From Anthoceros angustus (lineage: Eukaryota; Plantae; Anthocerotophyta), in NCBI GenBank assembly GCA_010909165.1, contig VJWM01000353.1, forward strand, positions 1-43,489: a stretch of 43,489 nucleotides of DNA, written 5' to 3'. Numbering within the stretch: the stretch's first letter is position 1; each line of letters opens with the position of its first letter. Positions 12,901-24,900 of the stretch are shown one piece after another. A program made the translations under genes and the position numbers. A model generated the notes under the pieces. That model was given only the letters and a program-made list of their open reading frames with translations. It was not told the origin of the DNA and ran no database searches.

Positions 12901-13182
12901 TCGGAGGTGGGCAAGGCTAAGCGACCCATCAAGGGGAAGACATTGAAGGGCGAACAAAAAGCAGCGAACGAGGATGTCGAGGACCTTTTCAAGAGGACGT
13001 TTTGTCCCAAGTGGTGCACACCTTGGGAAGTGTGAGTATTTAAGAGTGGCGGTATAGACAGATAGGATATTCAAGGTGAGCTGAGCCGAGAGGATAAACT
13101 GGAAGGGCCGACAAGAGTCCTATTGTTGGACTTGGCAAGTCGCCTAGCATTAAACTAGCACGAGTGACTAGTCGACTCCCCA

Positions 13183-13197
13183 CCTATAAAAGGGAGG
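13183..13197 (+). promoter_or_regulatory. LTR TATA box (F3)
   Basis: CCTATAAAAGGGAGG. Equivalent motifs sit at matching positions in F1 (3257, 38889) and F2 (19015, 31635) on the minus strand. Confidence 0.6.
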
Positions 13198-14212
13198 GTG
13201 GAAGAATGAATAAACACCGACCTTGCTTGTCATGCATTCTTCGCCTCCGGCGCATCCCTTTGTGTGTGCGTCTGACCGCCGCGCCAAGCGACGAGAAGGC
13301 GAAGGTGGGTTCGATCGGAGGCCCTCGCGGGTTCGCCAACGCAGCCCTCCTCTCGTGAAGATTGTTGTTGGATGTGCTTTGCCGCTGGGTGGCCAGGTGG
13401 TGATCGCCGACTACGCCGCCGTGTTCGTGTACGCAATCGCCCGAGAGAAATACCAGCTAGTCGCCACCCCAGTGGGTGCCGCAAGGGAGGCGTGCAAACC
13501 GCGAACGCTACGTAGTAGAGTTAGATTTGGGGATCGAATGAAGTGAGCTTGAATGGGATTGTCCGTGAGATGTTTCTTGAGAATGGTGAAGGTTGCATGG
13601 GTGTGTCGTTGTAGAGTGAATTGATGCTGTAGTTGGCATAGGAGAGTGTTGAGAAGTAGGAATCTCGAAGGCGTGAGCGGGCCGCAACCCAAAACGCACA
13701 ACACCGCTTGTTGCCCACCGAGGACAAGTAGACCGGGCGGAGTATGAGAACGAGAGAGTGAGAGGAACGATCGCAAACAATCCGAACCAAATCTCTTGGA
13801 TCGAATCCCACGATTCAACGACTGTGGATAAGTGTGGCCACCGAGGCGTAGCTGGGTGACCCAGGGGCTAACCTAACACAATTGGGGAACTGTCAGGGAA
13901 GGCGTGTAAGAGCTCGGACGGATTGAATGAGCTTGGCAATGGGCAGCGGAGGAGTGTCCAAACGGGGTATTGAGCGTAGTCCACCCACAGCTCTTCCCAA
14001 GTGGCGAGAGGGTGGAGAGAGGTTTTAAGGGATGAGTAGACTAGGCGAGGCGAGGCAACCCGGACTAATCCCGAATGCCAGAGCACGAGCAGTCCTTAAG
14101 CAGGGAGGTGTTTAACCACCACCGGGGCCTATTAAATTGAAACGTTAAGAGTGGTGAGTCGTAGAACCATGCATTAGGCTCACTGGCGAAGCTAGCTCAA
14201 GGCCCTACGACA

Positions 14213-17200
14213 ATACCGACATGCCGTGACTCCACAAAAGTGGCTTCCTTGGCGCCCATGAATTCGCCAATTCCTTTTCCCGCAGCTTTTCCGCAAGCTC
14301 CCCTTGATCGCAGCTTTTCACCGCTCCTTTCCATGCACACCATCCTCGAGCCGTCCCTACTCCGAGGCTCCATCATACGCGCTTCCCACACACGCCATGT
14401 GTGGGAGTCCCTCCGCGATTTCTCCGTTTTCTCTTCTCCCTTTGCCAACTTCGTGGCCTCCACTTGCAGCCCTCTTGACTGCTCACCCTTTCTCCTCGCT
14501 CAGAATCCCCAATTCATTAGGTTGCAGCATCTCCTGCACAAAACTCCCTTCACGGATCCTTGGCTTTCTAACGGCATCAAGACTTGCTCTTCAGCCTCTA
14601 GGCCAGCCACGCCTTGCTTGTTTCCATCTAGCTTGTTCACCAGTGGATGTTGGTGCTGTGGCCACAACCCTGCCTTCAACTCGGCTCACAAAACTAGCTT
14701 CTCCACACGCCGATCTGCGGCATCCAGTCGGTCGTGGTGCATCATCGCTGGTACACCATCTCCCGACCTTCTAGACTCATGTCTAGCCCTAGATCGCGCT
14801 CTAGCAGCGATCTCACGTTGCTGCGGTTTCGGCAGCAATTTCAATCGACCGTGAATTGGTCGACTCCTTCTTGCAATTCCACTTTGCAAGCATATCTTGA
14901 GGTGTGATTTCTCCACAATCCTCCTTCATACACATCACCATAGAGCCATCCTCGCTCCTGGGCTCTAGCGCACAGCCTCGACACCATTTTGTGTGCCACT
15001 TCTCCTTCCTCCAAATTGCGATTTCTTCGCAATTTCTCCATCATCCTTGCCACCATCGTGGCCTCTGCTAGCTCGCTTACCAGCAGACCAGCGTCGTTGC
15101 CACGGCATGCTCAACCTCATTCACAAAACCGTTTCCTCCCTGCTTTGCCAATGCTGCAAGTTTTCTAGCTTGCAGTCCGTTGGCAAGCTCCCTTTCCGAC
15201 CAAGTTCCGATTTCCTCCCTTCTTGTTGGCCTAGCCTCATGTCCAGGTCCAGATTGCGCTCCCATGGCGACCTCCTCGCCTTGCTGCACCTCCATGGTCG
15301 AATTTTGAGTGATTGCCCATGATCTGCCAACTCTCCTTCGCAGCTTCAAACTTTTCATGAAGCGCATCTCCTCCTTCGCCCTCTGGCGTGTCCACCTCCC
15401 TAGGGCCTTCTCCTCCTCGCGGCCTCATGGCGCCTGGCCGACCTCGCCAAGTGGGCGCCTTCTGCCGCTCAAAACGGTGCTCATGTCCGTTTTGCTTCTT
15501 TCTTTGCCATCGTGATGGCCTCCACTTGCAGCCCTCGACTTGCTCACCCTTGAGCATTCAGCCTCCTCCTCTGGCGCCCTTTATCCCTCTCTCGGATTTC
15601 CATTGTCTGCCGCACTTTCCGCACAACGCCTCCTTCTTGCTCATTTGACCTCTCACTGGCAACAAGACTTGCTGATCAATCTTAGGCCGTCTACAACATG
15701 CTCACGTCCTCCCCTTCGACCGCCGGTGGCAACCAACTCCTCGTGAAATCGGTCATCATGGCCTCAAGTCGCTCTCCGTTCGAAAAATGAAACCCGCATT
15801 CTCATGCTCTTCCCCGCACCTTCTTAAACTCTACCATCTCCTCTACACTTAGAAATCTTCACCACCTTACCACATTCTAGCTCTATGGCACATGGATCTA
15901 CATGTTCCTCTAACTCCTTCCTACGCTTTCCCCAACCTTTATCAAGAAAGGTCATACCATAGGCCTTGCTTTTTGAGGCTACATCCTTGGTGGCCGGTGG
16001 TACTCTCTCTCTATGTAATCATACAAAGACTCCCTCCTCTTCCTTCGAGTCCTCAACCGGACCAACGTGTGATGTGCATAGCTTAAGCCACAAAACCGGT
16101 TCAAAGATACAGCTCTCAAATCATCCCAACCAATGGTGATGCAGCTCCATGTGTGACTATACCGCTGGCATATGACCTCAAGTACTCTAGGAAAATTTGA
16201 GACAATCCACCCGAGACTTCCAAATTCGCATGAGTCACATGTTCAAAAGTTTGCACAAAAGCCTCATCATCTTCACCTCTTTCTCCCCAAATCTCATATT
16301 GCGGTGTGGGGTGACGACTTCCACCACCTCCACTTCCTCCACTCATGGTTGAGGGCGTCCACAAAACCGTGGGCACACCTCCCAACGACTCGCAATCCGG
16401 CGAAACAAATGCTGCCTGCAAGCGGGATGTACTATATACGCACTTGGGCACACAAGCGCCCTCTTAACAAGCAAGGTTGAAAGGGCAAGATGGGGAATGA
16501 TCAAGACCTTAGCTCACCCATTAGATCTCGTACCCCAACTTCTCCACCGCCAAATCTCACCCTCTTGCCTTCCTCCTCTTACGACCAACTCGAGCTAGAA
16601 GAGCTCAACAATCCACGCAAAAAAGTCCTCCTCTTGCAAGAACGGAAGATGTACCTTGAAATTATTAACTGCTCGGATTCTTGACCCTCACCCTTGATCG
16701 CAACTCCTCGGCAACAACCTCCTTCCTCTCGTCCGTGAGCACAACCTCCTCTTGCTCTTAGACAACTACCTCTTCTTCCTCAACGGAACCCTTGAAGATG
16801 TTAGCACATGTAGCTTCCTCCCAAGAGCTCTCTCCTCCGCTTCTTCCTTTGCATCAGCAGCAACTAAGCTTTCTTCACACATGATTTCTCCATTCAGTTC
16901 ACAAATCCCTTGCATAAAGACGGGGTGATCTCCTCTCAACTCCTACACGAAAATTACTTCCTCCCTCCCCGACTAGACTTGAAGCACGCCACACCCCTCA
17001 ACACACAACTATCCAAACAGCAAATCCCCTCCTACTCCTGTTCCACTCATGTTGCTTGGTCCAGATGAGCTAGGCGAACTCACTCCCTTCCTCTCCTGCA
17101 GGTAAATTCTCCAACCAAAGTTCTCTGCAGAAAGGGTGTCCTGCACAAAAGATTGGGGACTGTTGTGGGATGGTGTCTCCCCTAGGTGTGCGTCCCAAGA

Positions 17201-17903
17201 CTGTGAGCTGAGCAGTGATTCTATCAAGGCGCTCCGCAAGATCTTCAGACCACGCCTGAAATTCCCCACTGCTTACCCCACCTTCTTCACTTTCTGTTTC
17301 GCTTGGAGTTGAGCTGGATACACCACTCCTGAAGGTCCAGCGTTGAGAAGGCCCAGTGCTGGTAGCTGAACTTGAATCGCTCGAAATGGTGCCTCCTCGC
17401 TTTCCTCTTCACATACCAACTTCTTCAACCACCTCCTTTGTTTCACTGCCGGTGATTTCGACGTCCCTTCTCCAAGTTTTCCGCTGGATCACTTGGCTCC
17501 CCTTGTAGGCAAGGGCAAAACGGCCTCCTCCTCAAGCGCCCTTAGCTCTTCCTCCTCCACAGGCCGCGTGCAACCACCCGTTTTCCTCCCTCAATTGGTT
17601 TCTTCTTGCAGCTCTTAGATCTCTTGCGATAGGTGGGGTGACCTCCTACGGTTTCTCCTCTCCCTCCCTCTGCTAGACATGCAAGCATCCTCATAGCCTC
17701 CAAAACACGGTTGTTAAAGAAAAATCAGCCAACTCGCCATGCGCCATTCTTGCCGCAGAACACAAAAATCACACCATTCGGGAGGCGTGGGCTCCTCCTT
17801 CACAACGCACAGGTTCCAGGACGTAGGCTTCTTCCTAGACCCCGCTCCACCTCCTTACAAGATCTCTCACCTCATATCGCAGTTAGCAAGTCGCAACGCG
17901 CCA
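14213..17903 (-). mobile_element. Internally deleted element: PBS remnant, F1-type leader, gag N-terminus joined to RNase H tail and long linker; PR and RT absent
   Basis: PBS remnant GCAACGCGCCA at 17893-17903. Gag piece EAFVQTFEHVTHANLE (ORF 16116..16451). GKEHENAGFI at ~15785-15815 corresponds to the RH tail GKQHVNADFV. 15260-15800 is colinear with 25230-25760. Confidence 0.65.
15900..16350 (-). pseudogene. gag: gag (retrotransposon Gag core), degenerate
   Basis: Homologous to ORF 29184..29756 (TFEHVSHANLE, IF..LR, AHHTL). Confidence 0.7.
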
Positions 17904-17907
17904 AAAA

Positions 17908-18050
17908 TGTGGAGGATCCGGGCTTCGAGATTCACCTCTAGCGGCCACACTTATCCCACGTTGCCAGACGCTGGGTTTCCCCATGAGACTTGTGTGAAGT
18001 TCGAGGTCTTGTGATGCCCGATCGCTACACACCACCCTAAACAAGCAATT
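17908..18050 (-). mobile_element. LTR terminal (U5) fragment next to PBS remnant
   Basis: AAAA-TGTGGAGG start and GCGGCCACACTTATCCCAC motif. Appears to be an F1/F2 hybrid. Confidence 0.65.
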
Positions 18051-18278
18051 TGTGGTAGGGAGAATCAGGGGCACTCCCAGGTCCTCCCACTATAGCGGCC
18101 ACACTTATCCCACTGCCGCTCAGACGTTGGGTTTCGTCCCATGAGACTTGTGTGAAAGTTCGAGGTCTTGTGATGCCCGATCGCTACCTGCAGTGACACA
18201 CTTCTCACCCTTCTAAACAAGCAAGGCACCTCTACTCTCCCTCTCACTGCACCACTTGCCTTGAAAAATCGCCAACCT

Positions 18279-18505
18279 CGACCCACAACGACAAAACAAT
18301 TGCGGGTCCGCCTCCACCAGCAAGGAGCCTACCACGGGCGCCGGGGACCCCCAGTTCACACAGCGATTTCGTCCCTACTTCTAAGACCAAACTTGACCTA
18401 CAACACAACACAATTGCGGGTCCGCCTCGAAGAAGGAGCCTACCACGGGCGCCGGGGACCCCAGTTCACACAGCGATTTCGTCCCTACTTCTAAGACCAA
18501 ACTTC
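18279..18505. repeat. Tandem repeat of ~110 bp in F2 U5 (2 copies)
   Basis: Unit acaattgcgggtccgcctc...ggacccccagttcacacagcgatttcgtccctacttctaagaccaaact occurs twice. Confidence 0.85.
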
Positions 18506-19299
18506 TCCACTCGGGGCGCTCTTTTACTTGCAGTTGGGATTCGTCCCTTAGGCTCACCTGTGGCCTTCCACTAACACCTACACCTCTAATCCTCTACTCA
18601 TCTTCTCATCTCCTCATCCTCTTCCTCCTATTCTAACCTCGATTCGGGCTTCTTGGTTTCGACTCGCCCTTACAGCTGGCACAGGGTCGCCTCCACCAGC
18701 AAGTTCTTCCTTGGGCGGTTGCTATGAGTTTGACACGGGCGAGAACCTCGAGTCTTTCCTGTAGTCTACCCTCAAGCCGAGAGTTCTCAGGCATTTGCCA
18801 CACACCCAAAGCAAAGCAATTTCACGGCAACCATTCACAAGGGAGCAACTCGTTTAGGCACTTGCGTGAGCAAGTCCTCCACCAAGCACTCCGACCACGC
18901 GACTTCCTCTCTACCGGTTGTTGGCTCACGGCCCGAAATTCCTCTGTAATGGCAAAGGACTCGATGGCGTGGGCGCAAGACATGATACTTTACTTTGTGA
19001 AATCCTCCTCCTCTTATAGGAGGCCTTCCACATACAACCTCCCCTTAGGTGACCCCTCAGGTCACCTTTTCCAATTCTATTATTTCCTACACTTGACATT
19101 TAATGTCGGCACCTAAATCTATTATGCGATCCTTGGTAAATTCTATTCTAGTAACTTCACCTAAGACCATCCTTAAAGGATGTCAGTCTACACCACCTAT
19201 CCTTCCCGTTCCCCAAAGCTCATTTATGGTCATTGACCATTCTTAGTCCTTATCTCGCTGGGGTGGTGACATGTCCCTTGGGGATTGGCTCCCTCGCCC

Positions 19300-21345
19300 T
19301 CCTTTTGCTCCTGTCCCTTCCCCAGATCTTGTCGCCTTCCGAATGTGTGGGGCAAGTACCATCCTGCCCCTTCCTCCATCTCCGCGGGGCGGCGCCTAAA
19401 GTCCTGTTATCTTCCATCAGTCGCGCCCCCTTCCGCGCACCTAGGCGCCTTTTTCTCCAGCTTCCGCCGCCTGGTCGCGCCCCGTTCATCAGCACCCTAC
19501 CGCGGTAGTCTGGCAGACTACCGGGATAGGCTGACTACCTACCATGGTAGTCTGGTACCTATCTCCTTCTTCTCCTTCCTCTCCATCGGTGATGTCTCCT
19601 GGGGGTGAGTTCCTCTTTGCTCCTTCCTTGCTGTTTGGTTTGTCCATACCTATCACGGAGCATGTCTTCAAAGAATCTTCCCCCATTCGCTGACCAATGT
19701 TGCTACTAACTCCTTCGGGCCTTCTTCGCGTTGGTCTCCTCTCCTGGGCCTGGCTCCTCCCCTTATCCGTGTGGGAACTTCTCACCCCTCCCCTTCCTCG
19801 TGGTGGACCCGTCCTTAGTCTCCTCCGGTGGGGTTGTCTCTCCCACCACCCCAGCTGCTCCTCCGGGGGTATACTCGGACCCCGGCTCCTTCATCCTCGG
19901 CCGGGCCTCGCGGCTGACTCCCTAACGATCTCCGCCCACGGGCTGCCCTACCGTGGTGAGACTCTGGCGTGGTGCGTCTACCACGGTAGTCTGGCGGACT
20001 ACCGTGGTGGTCACCGTGGTAGGTTGACCCCGGAGGTGGGCTTTCCCCCTCCTTGCTCTGCGCCACCTTCTACCTTTGGCGCTCGGCGCTCTTCGTCTCG
20101 ACTCCTCAGTTCCTCGGAGTCCATTCGTGATGGCCTCATCAAAATCGGAGGCCTCGCATGTTGCGGCTCCTTTCTGTCATCATCATGAGGACCCAATGTC
20201 CTCCTCTTGGCCAAGCAAGATCTCATTGTTGGCCTTCAAAATTCTATTGTGGAGGTGGGCCCCAAGCTATGATATTGCATTTGGAGATCATCAATCTCGT
20301 GGGCCACTCTCCATCTTCACACCTACCTTTGTAGGCGTCCCTTGAGGTGGTCAATTCCCCACCTTGACATGGAGGGTCACATTCTCCTCCTTGCTTCCTT
20401 CAGCTGGCTGGCCAATTTTGCCTGAAGGGCATAATCTGCCCAAAACCTTCGCTTCCTTACTACCAGCATTCTATGTACCACTTTCTTGTGGTACTCCTCC
20501 TCCTGGGACCTTTTTCCTTCCAAGTCCTCTATTCGTTGAGCAAGCCCTTCCCTCTCCGCTTGCCAAGCATCTTTCTCGCGCTCCAGCTCCTGTAGTTGCT
20601 GGTTTTGAATTTCCAGCTCGGAGCGCTTCTCTTCCAAACTAAACCGGGCTCTTCTCAACTCTTCCTTCATGTCCCGGATCTGGATGGCTTGCGTAGCCAT
20701 CACCTGTTCTTGCGCGTCCATTTGCTGGACCGCTACCTTCTCCCTTCCGAGAGCCTCTGTTTTGCCCTTTCGCTCTTGCTCTAATTGGGCAAAATGCTCC
20801 TCATATACATCTCCATGAGTCTCGTTGGTGGTTGCTCGGATGGCTCTTTCTTGATTTGAGCCAACCTCCCTCAAGACCTTCTCGGCGATCCATAAGGTCG
20901 TGGAGCTTCTCCTGACCTTTTTCCGGCTTGGCTGCCTTTTCGTCGGACTCCATGGCCTCCAATTGCCATTTGGTCCCTTCCTCCGGCCATGTCTTGAGAT
21001 TTCACTTCTTCTTGACATGCCCACAAGGCGAGGCTTTCTCTAGCCTTCAAATCCACACGGTGAGTGCTTCACAAGCACGCAATTCTCCTAGGGGTCCTAA
21101 TTCCACCCCTTCTTTCTTAAATCTCAGCTCTCCACCTCTCGGGCCATCGCGTGGCCTTCAAAATCGCTCCATCCGCCCTCCCACAGCGCGGAAGATGGTG
21201 GTTTAGCCTCGCGGCTTTCCTTGTTGCTTCTCCTTCTTCTTGCACTCCACCTGGGCTCTTGGGGTGAGTTCGCCTTAGCTCGAAAGGAAGTTGGCGCCTA
21301 CGCACTTTGCCCACTTTGGATGGGCGCCACTGGCGGCCACACAAC
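19300..21345 (-). pseudogene. LTR-embedded accessory ORF of F2 (long E/Q/K-rich coiled coil)
   Basis: ORF 20377..21024 (215 aa: EEHFAQLEQERKGK...ELEIQNQQLQELEREKDAWQAEREGLAQRIEDLE) plus flanking frameshifted pieces, downstream of the AT-rich block at 21360-21500. Confidence 0.6.
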
Positions 21346-22603
21346 CTAGATTTTGTGCATCATTCACAAAATCCTAATCGATCTATAATACCTATTTTCC
21401 TACTCGCCTAATTAATCTCTTGCTAATTACTCTTATATATTTATCCTCTATTGATGAGCATATATAGTGGATATCCCCCTTTATTCTAATTTCCTTTTGC
21501 GAGATTTGTCCTACCTGATCGCCTTACCCTCTGCTCCCCCTGCTGTGGTGGCGACCCTCGGTGATGATGCCTACCAACCTTTGGCGCTCTTCGTCTCGAC
21601 TCCTCAGTTCCTCGGAGTCCATTTCGTGATGGCCTCATCAAAATCGGAGGCCTCTGGCACTTGCGGCTCCTTTCATCATCATCATGAGGACCCAATGTCC
21701 TCCTCTTGGCCAAGCAAGATCTCATTGTTGGCCTTCAAAATTCTATTGTGGAGGTGGGCCCCAAGCTATGATATTGCATTTGGAGATCATCAATCTCATG
21801 GGCCACTCTCCATCTTCACACCTACCTTTGTAGGCGTCCCTTGAGGTGGTCAATTCCCCACCTTGACATGGAGGTCACATTCTCCTCCTTGCTTCCTTAA
21901 TTTGGTGGCCAATTTTGCACTGAAGGGCATAATCACAAAACCTTCCTTACTACCGGCATTCTATGTACCACTTTCTTGTGGTACTCCTCTTCTGGGACCT
22001 TTTTCCTTCCAAGTCCTCTATTGTTGAGCAAGCCTTCCCTCTCACTTGCCAAGCATCTTTCTCCGGCTCGGTCTCGATCTCTTGGGAAGTGAGTTCGCCT
22101 TAGCTCGAAAGGAAGTTGGCGCTCCCCCAAGCGCACTTTTCCTTTGGATTGCCACTGGCGGCCACACAACCTAGATTTTGTGCATCATTCACAAAATCCT
22201 AATCGATCTATAATACCTATTTTCCTACTCGCTAATTAATCTCTTGCTAATTACTCTTATATATTTATCCTCTATTGATGAGCATATATAGTGGATATCC
22301 CCCCTATTCTAATTTCCTTTTTGCGAGATTTGTCGACCTACGCGGTAGTCGCGACTTACGAGTCTGCTCCCTTCGACTACCGGCGTGTGTGGCGACCCTC
22401 GGCGGTAGTGCCCCCAACCTTGCCCTTGCCTCGTGCGGGGTCGGACCCGTTTTCCTCACAGGATATCCTTTTGCCTTCTAACAATATTCCACTCTAGTTC
22501 AAGATCTTGAGAATCCTCGCATGTTCCTCTTCAATCGGTCTTAGCCAAAAAAATCAAACTTGTTCGTCTTGGCTTTTTGGTTGCCCAAACTTTTCGTTCC
22601 ACA

Positions 22604-22616
22604 TACTCCCCACCTC
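22604..22616 (-). promoter_or_regulatory. Polypurine tract (F2); duplicate at 23098-23110
   Basis: Minus strand reads GAGGTGGGGAGTA-TGTGGAACG, about 45 nt after the pol tail RVNGWKVKKY. Confidence 0.8.
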
Positions 22617-22649
22617 ACTGTTTGCGTCCTGCAAACAACAGTCTCGGTG

Positions 22650-24900
22650 GGTACTTCTTAACCTTCCATCCATTTACTCGGTGGCGGTAATTCTCCCCAA
22701 TACTCGAGTTACACGGATCCATTCTCGTACTGCGCCACCTCGTAAGGTCCCATCCACCTTAGCCTAAGCTTCCTGGAAAGTCTAGGTACCGACTATCATA
22801 TAGAAGAACCAAATCCCGTCCACGATAGCCTCACTTCTCAACCTCCCATCATGCCTTTTAAGTTCCACAGATCATGCGTTTCTTCTAAAGCATCCTCCCT
22901 CGTTCTTCTGCTCTATGAATGATTCTAGTCTAACTACGGCTATCCTCTGGGATATCCTTTTGCCTTCCTAACAATATTCCACAACTCTAGTTCAAGATCT
23001 TGAATTTCCTGCATGTTCCTCTTCAATCGTTCTTAGCCAAAAAATCAAACTTGTTCGTCTTGGCTCTTTTGTGGTTGCCCAAACTTTTCGTTCCACATAC
23101 TCCCCACCTCACTGTTTGCGTCCTGAAACAGCAGTACTCGGGTGAAGGTACTTCTTAACCTTCCACCCATTTACTCGGTGGCGGTGCTCCCCAATACTCG
23201 TGGTTGCGGATCCATTCTCGTACTGCGCCACCTCGTAAGGTCCCATCCACCTTAGCCTAAGCTTCCTGGAAAGTCTAGGTACCGACTATCATATAGAAGA
23301 ACCAAATCCCGTCCACGATAGCCTCTTGCTTCCTCAACCTCCCATCATGCCTTTTACGAGTTCACTGAATCCATTGCGTTTCTTCTAAAGCATCCTCCCT
23401 CGTTCTTCTGCTCTATGAATGATTCTAGTCTAACTACAGCTATCCTCTACGGTCATCGTTCATCCTCCATGATTACAGCAGGTGGGTACTTCAAATTCCA
23501 CGGCATCACGGTGACATGCCATGTTAGATAATAAGGGTCTTCTTTGGTGGTTACCTTTTCCATGATCCTGTAAGCCCGTGCGAATGCAACAGCATCCCAA
23601 TCATACATGTGTGTCACGTACCTTGGTAAGGATTGTGCGAGCAACCCATTCGTCTTCTCCGTTAATCCATTCGCTTTGGGGTTGTAGAGTCGTCTTCGAT
23701 GCGAATGTTGAAGTAGGTGGTGAGTTTCAACGACCGAGTTGATCCCCGTGACCAACTCTAAAGGACATCCATACGGTTATGATGTTCTCGAATAGAAACT
23801 TGGCTCTGCGGTGCGTCGTCCTTCCTGGTTGCTTGACTTCCACCATCTTGTACAATAATCCGTAGCCACCAAAATGTGCTTCTCGTCCATTGCGTTGGTG
23901 GTTTGATCGGCCCTGATCGATTCCCCACTTCTCGAGCGGTGCTAGCGGCGGGATGTAGGTAAGAGGCCATTGTGTCGACAACGTGAGCCGCCCAACCCTC
24001 GACACGCATCACACCTCCGGGTGAACTCCCCACATCCTTTTGCATCGTAGCCCACAAAACCCGGCATTCAAAATCTTCTTAACGGTCACTGCGAATAGTG
24101 TCCACCCCTCTTACGCATGTGCATCCTCGTGGCAGTGCGGCCTCCTTAGCCGAGACAAGTCGGATCTTTTCGTCGGAGTTTATGCAGGACACCTTCCTAG
24201 CGATGGGGTGCGGCTTTATGGAGAAAGACCGCCCGTCCTTCCCCTTGACAACCCATCGGCATGATGCCATGCTCCGAGAATTTCGTACTTCACGCTCAAC
24301 AAATACCTCGGGCATGAACGCCCCTCGCGTTCTAATCTTCTCCTTCCGGTGTGCTCGTCTCCTCCTCCTAGGACGTTCGTTAATGGCTCCGGATGGCGTG
24401 TATCCATCCTCTTCGCTCGCCGCCCATCTTTTCGTTCCTACTTGGTTCGCATGTTCTTCCTTCATTAACGAGTTGATTTTCCCTCAACGTCGGTCCATCT
24501 CGTGCTCCCATGGCGACCTCCTCGACTTGTTGCACCTCCATGGTGATTTTGAGGATTGCCCAGATCGCCAACTCCCCTGCAATTTTCTTCAAGCTTGTCA
24601 TGGGATCTCCTTCCTCGTCCATTGCGTTGGTGGTTTGATCGGCCCTGAAATCGATTCCCCACTTCTCGAGCGGTGCTAGCGGCGGGATGTAGGTAAGAGG
24701 CCATTGTGTCGACAACGTGGGCGCCCAACCCTCGACACGCATCACACCTCGGGTGAACTCCCACATCCTTTTGCATCGTAGCCACCAAAACCCGGCATTC
24801 AAAATCTTCTTAACGGTCACTGCGAATAGTGTCCACCTGCCTCTTACGCATGCACGCCTCCGAGTGCGGCCTCCTTAGCGCCGAGCGGATCTTTTCGGCC
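22650..24900 (-). pseudogene. pol: Integrase of F2 (HHCC region and C-terminal tail each present twice)
   Basis: VTVKKILNAGFWW, RCDAC, PLAPLEKWGID, AKFLFENIIT, YNPKANGLTEKTNGLL, LLYDSRYLDFPGSL..RWMGPYEV. Confidence 0.88.

Larger units (their letters stand above)
9659..13880 (+). mobile_element. F3 3' LTR, about 4.2 kb, containing an ORF
   Basis: Starts TGTGGAACG after the PPT. TATAAAA at 13185. U5 motif GGATAAGTGTGGCC at ~13826-13839. Ends CCTAACACA, paralleling the F2 end CCCTACCACA. Confidence 0.65.
18051..22603 (-). mobile_element. F2 3' LTR (includes an internal duplication)
   Basis: TGTGGTAGGGAGAATC...GTTCCACA, bounded by the PPT at 22604. Colinear with 30594-34397. Confidence 0.75.

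Noticed and set aside
18090-18190. Hammerhead ribozyme (retrozyme) suggested by GACGAAAC on the minus strand
   Set aside because: No conserved CTGANGA core with supporting stems on the same strand across copies.
19240-19400. Conventional short LTR boundary about 1.2 kb from the U5 end
   Set aside because: Direct-repeat homology with 31860 onward continues without a break for more than 2 kb. A purine-rich stretch exists near 19365-19383 but marks no homology boundary. Kept as the alternative to test.
20377-21024. Captured host gene (myosin/SMC-like) or retroviral env
   Set aside because: Coiled-coil composition is non-specific, the ORF is positionally conserved in all three families, and no hydrophobic signal or transmembrane segment is evident.
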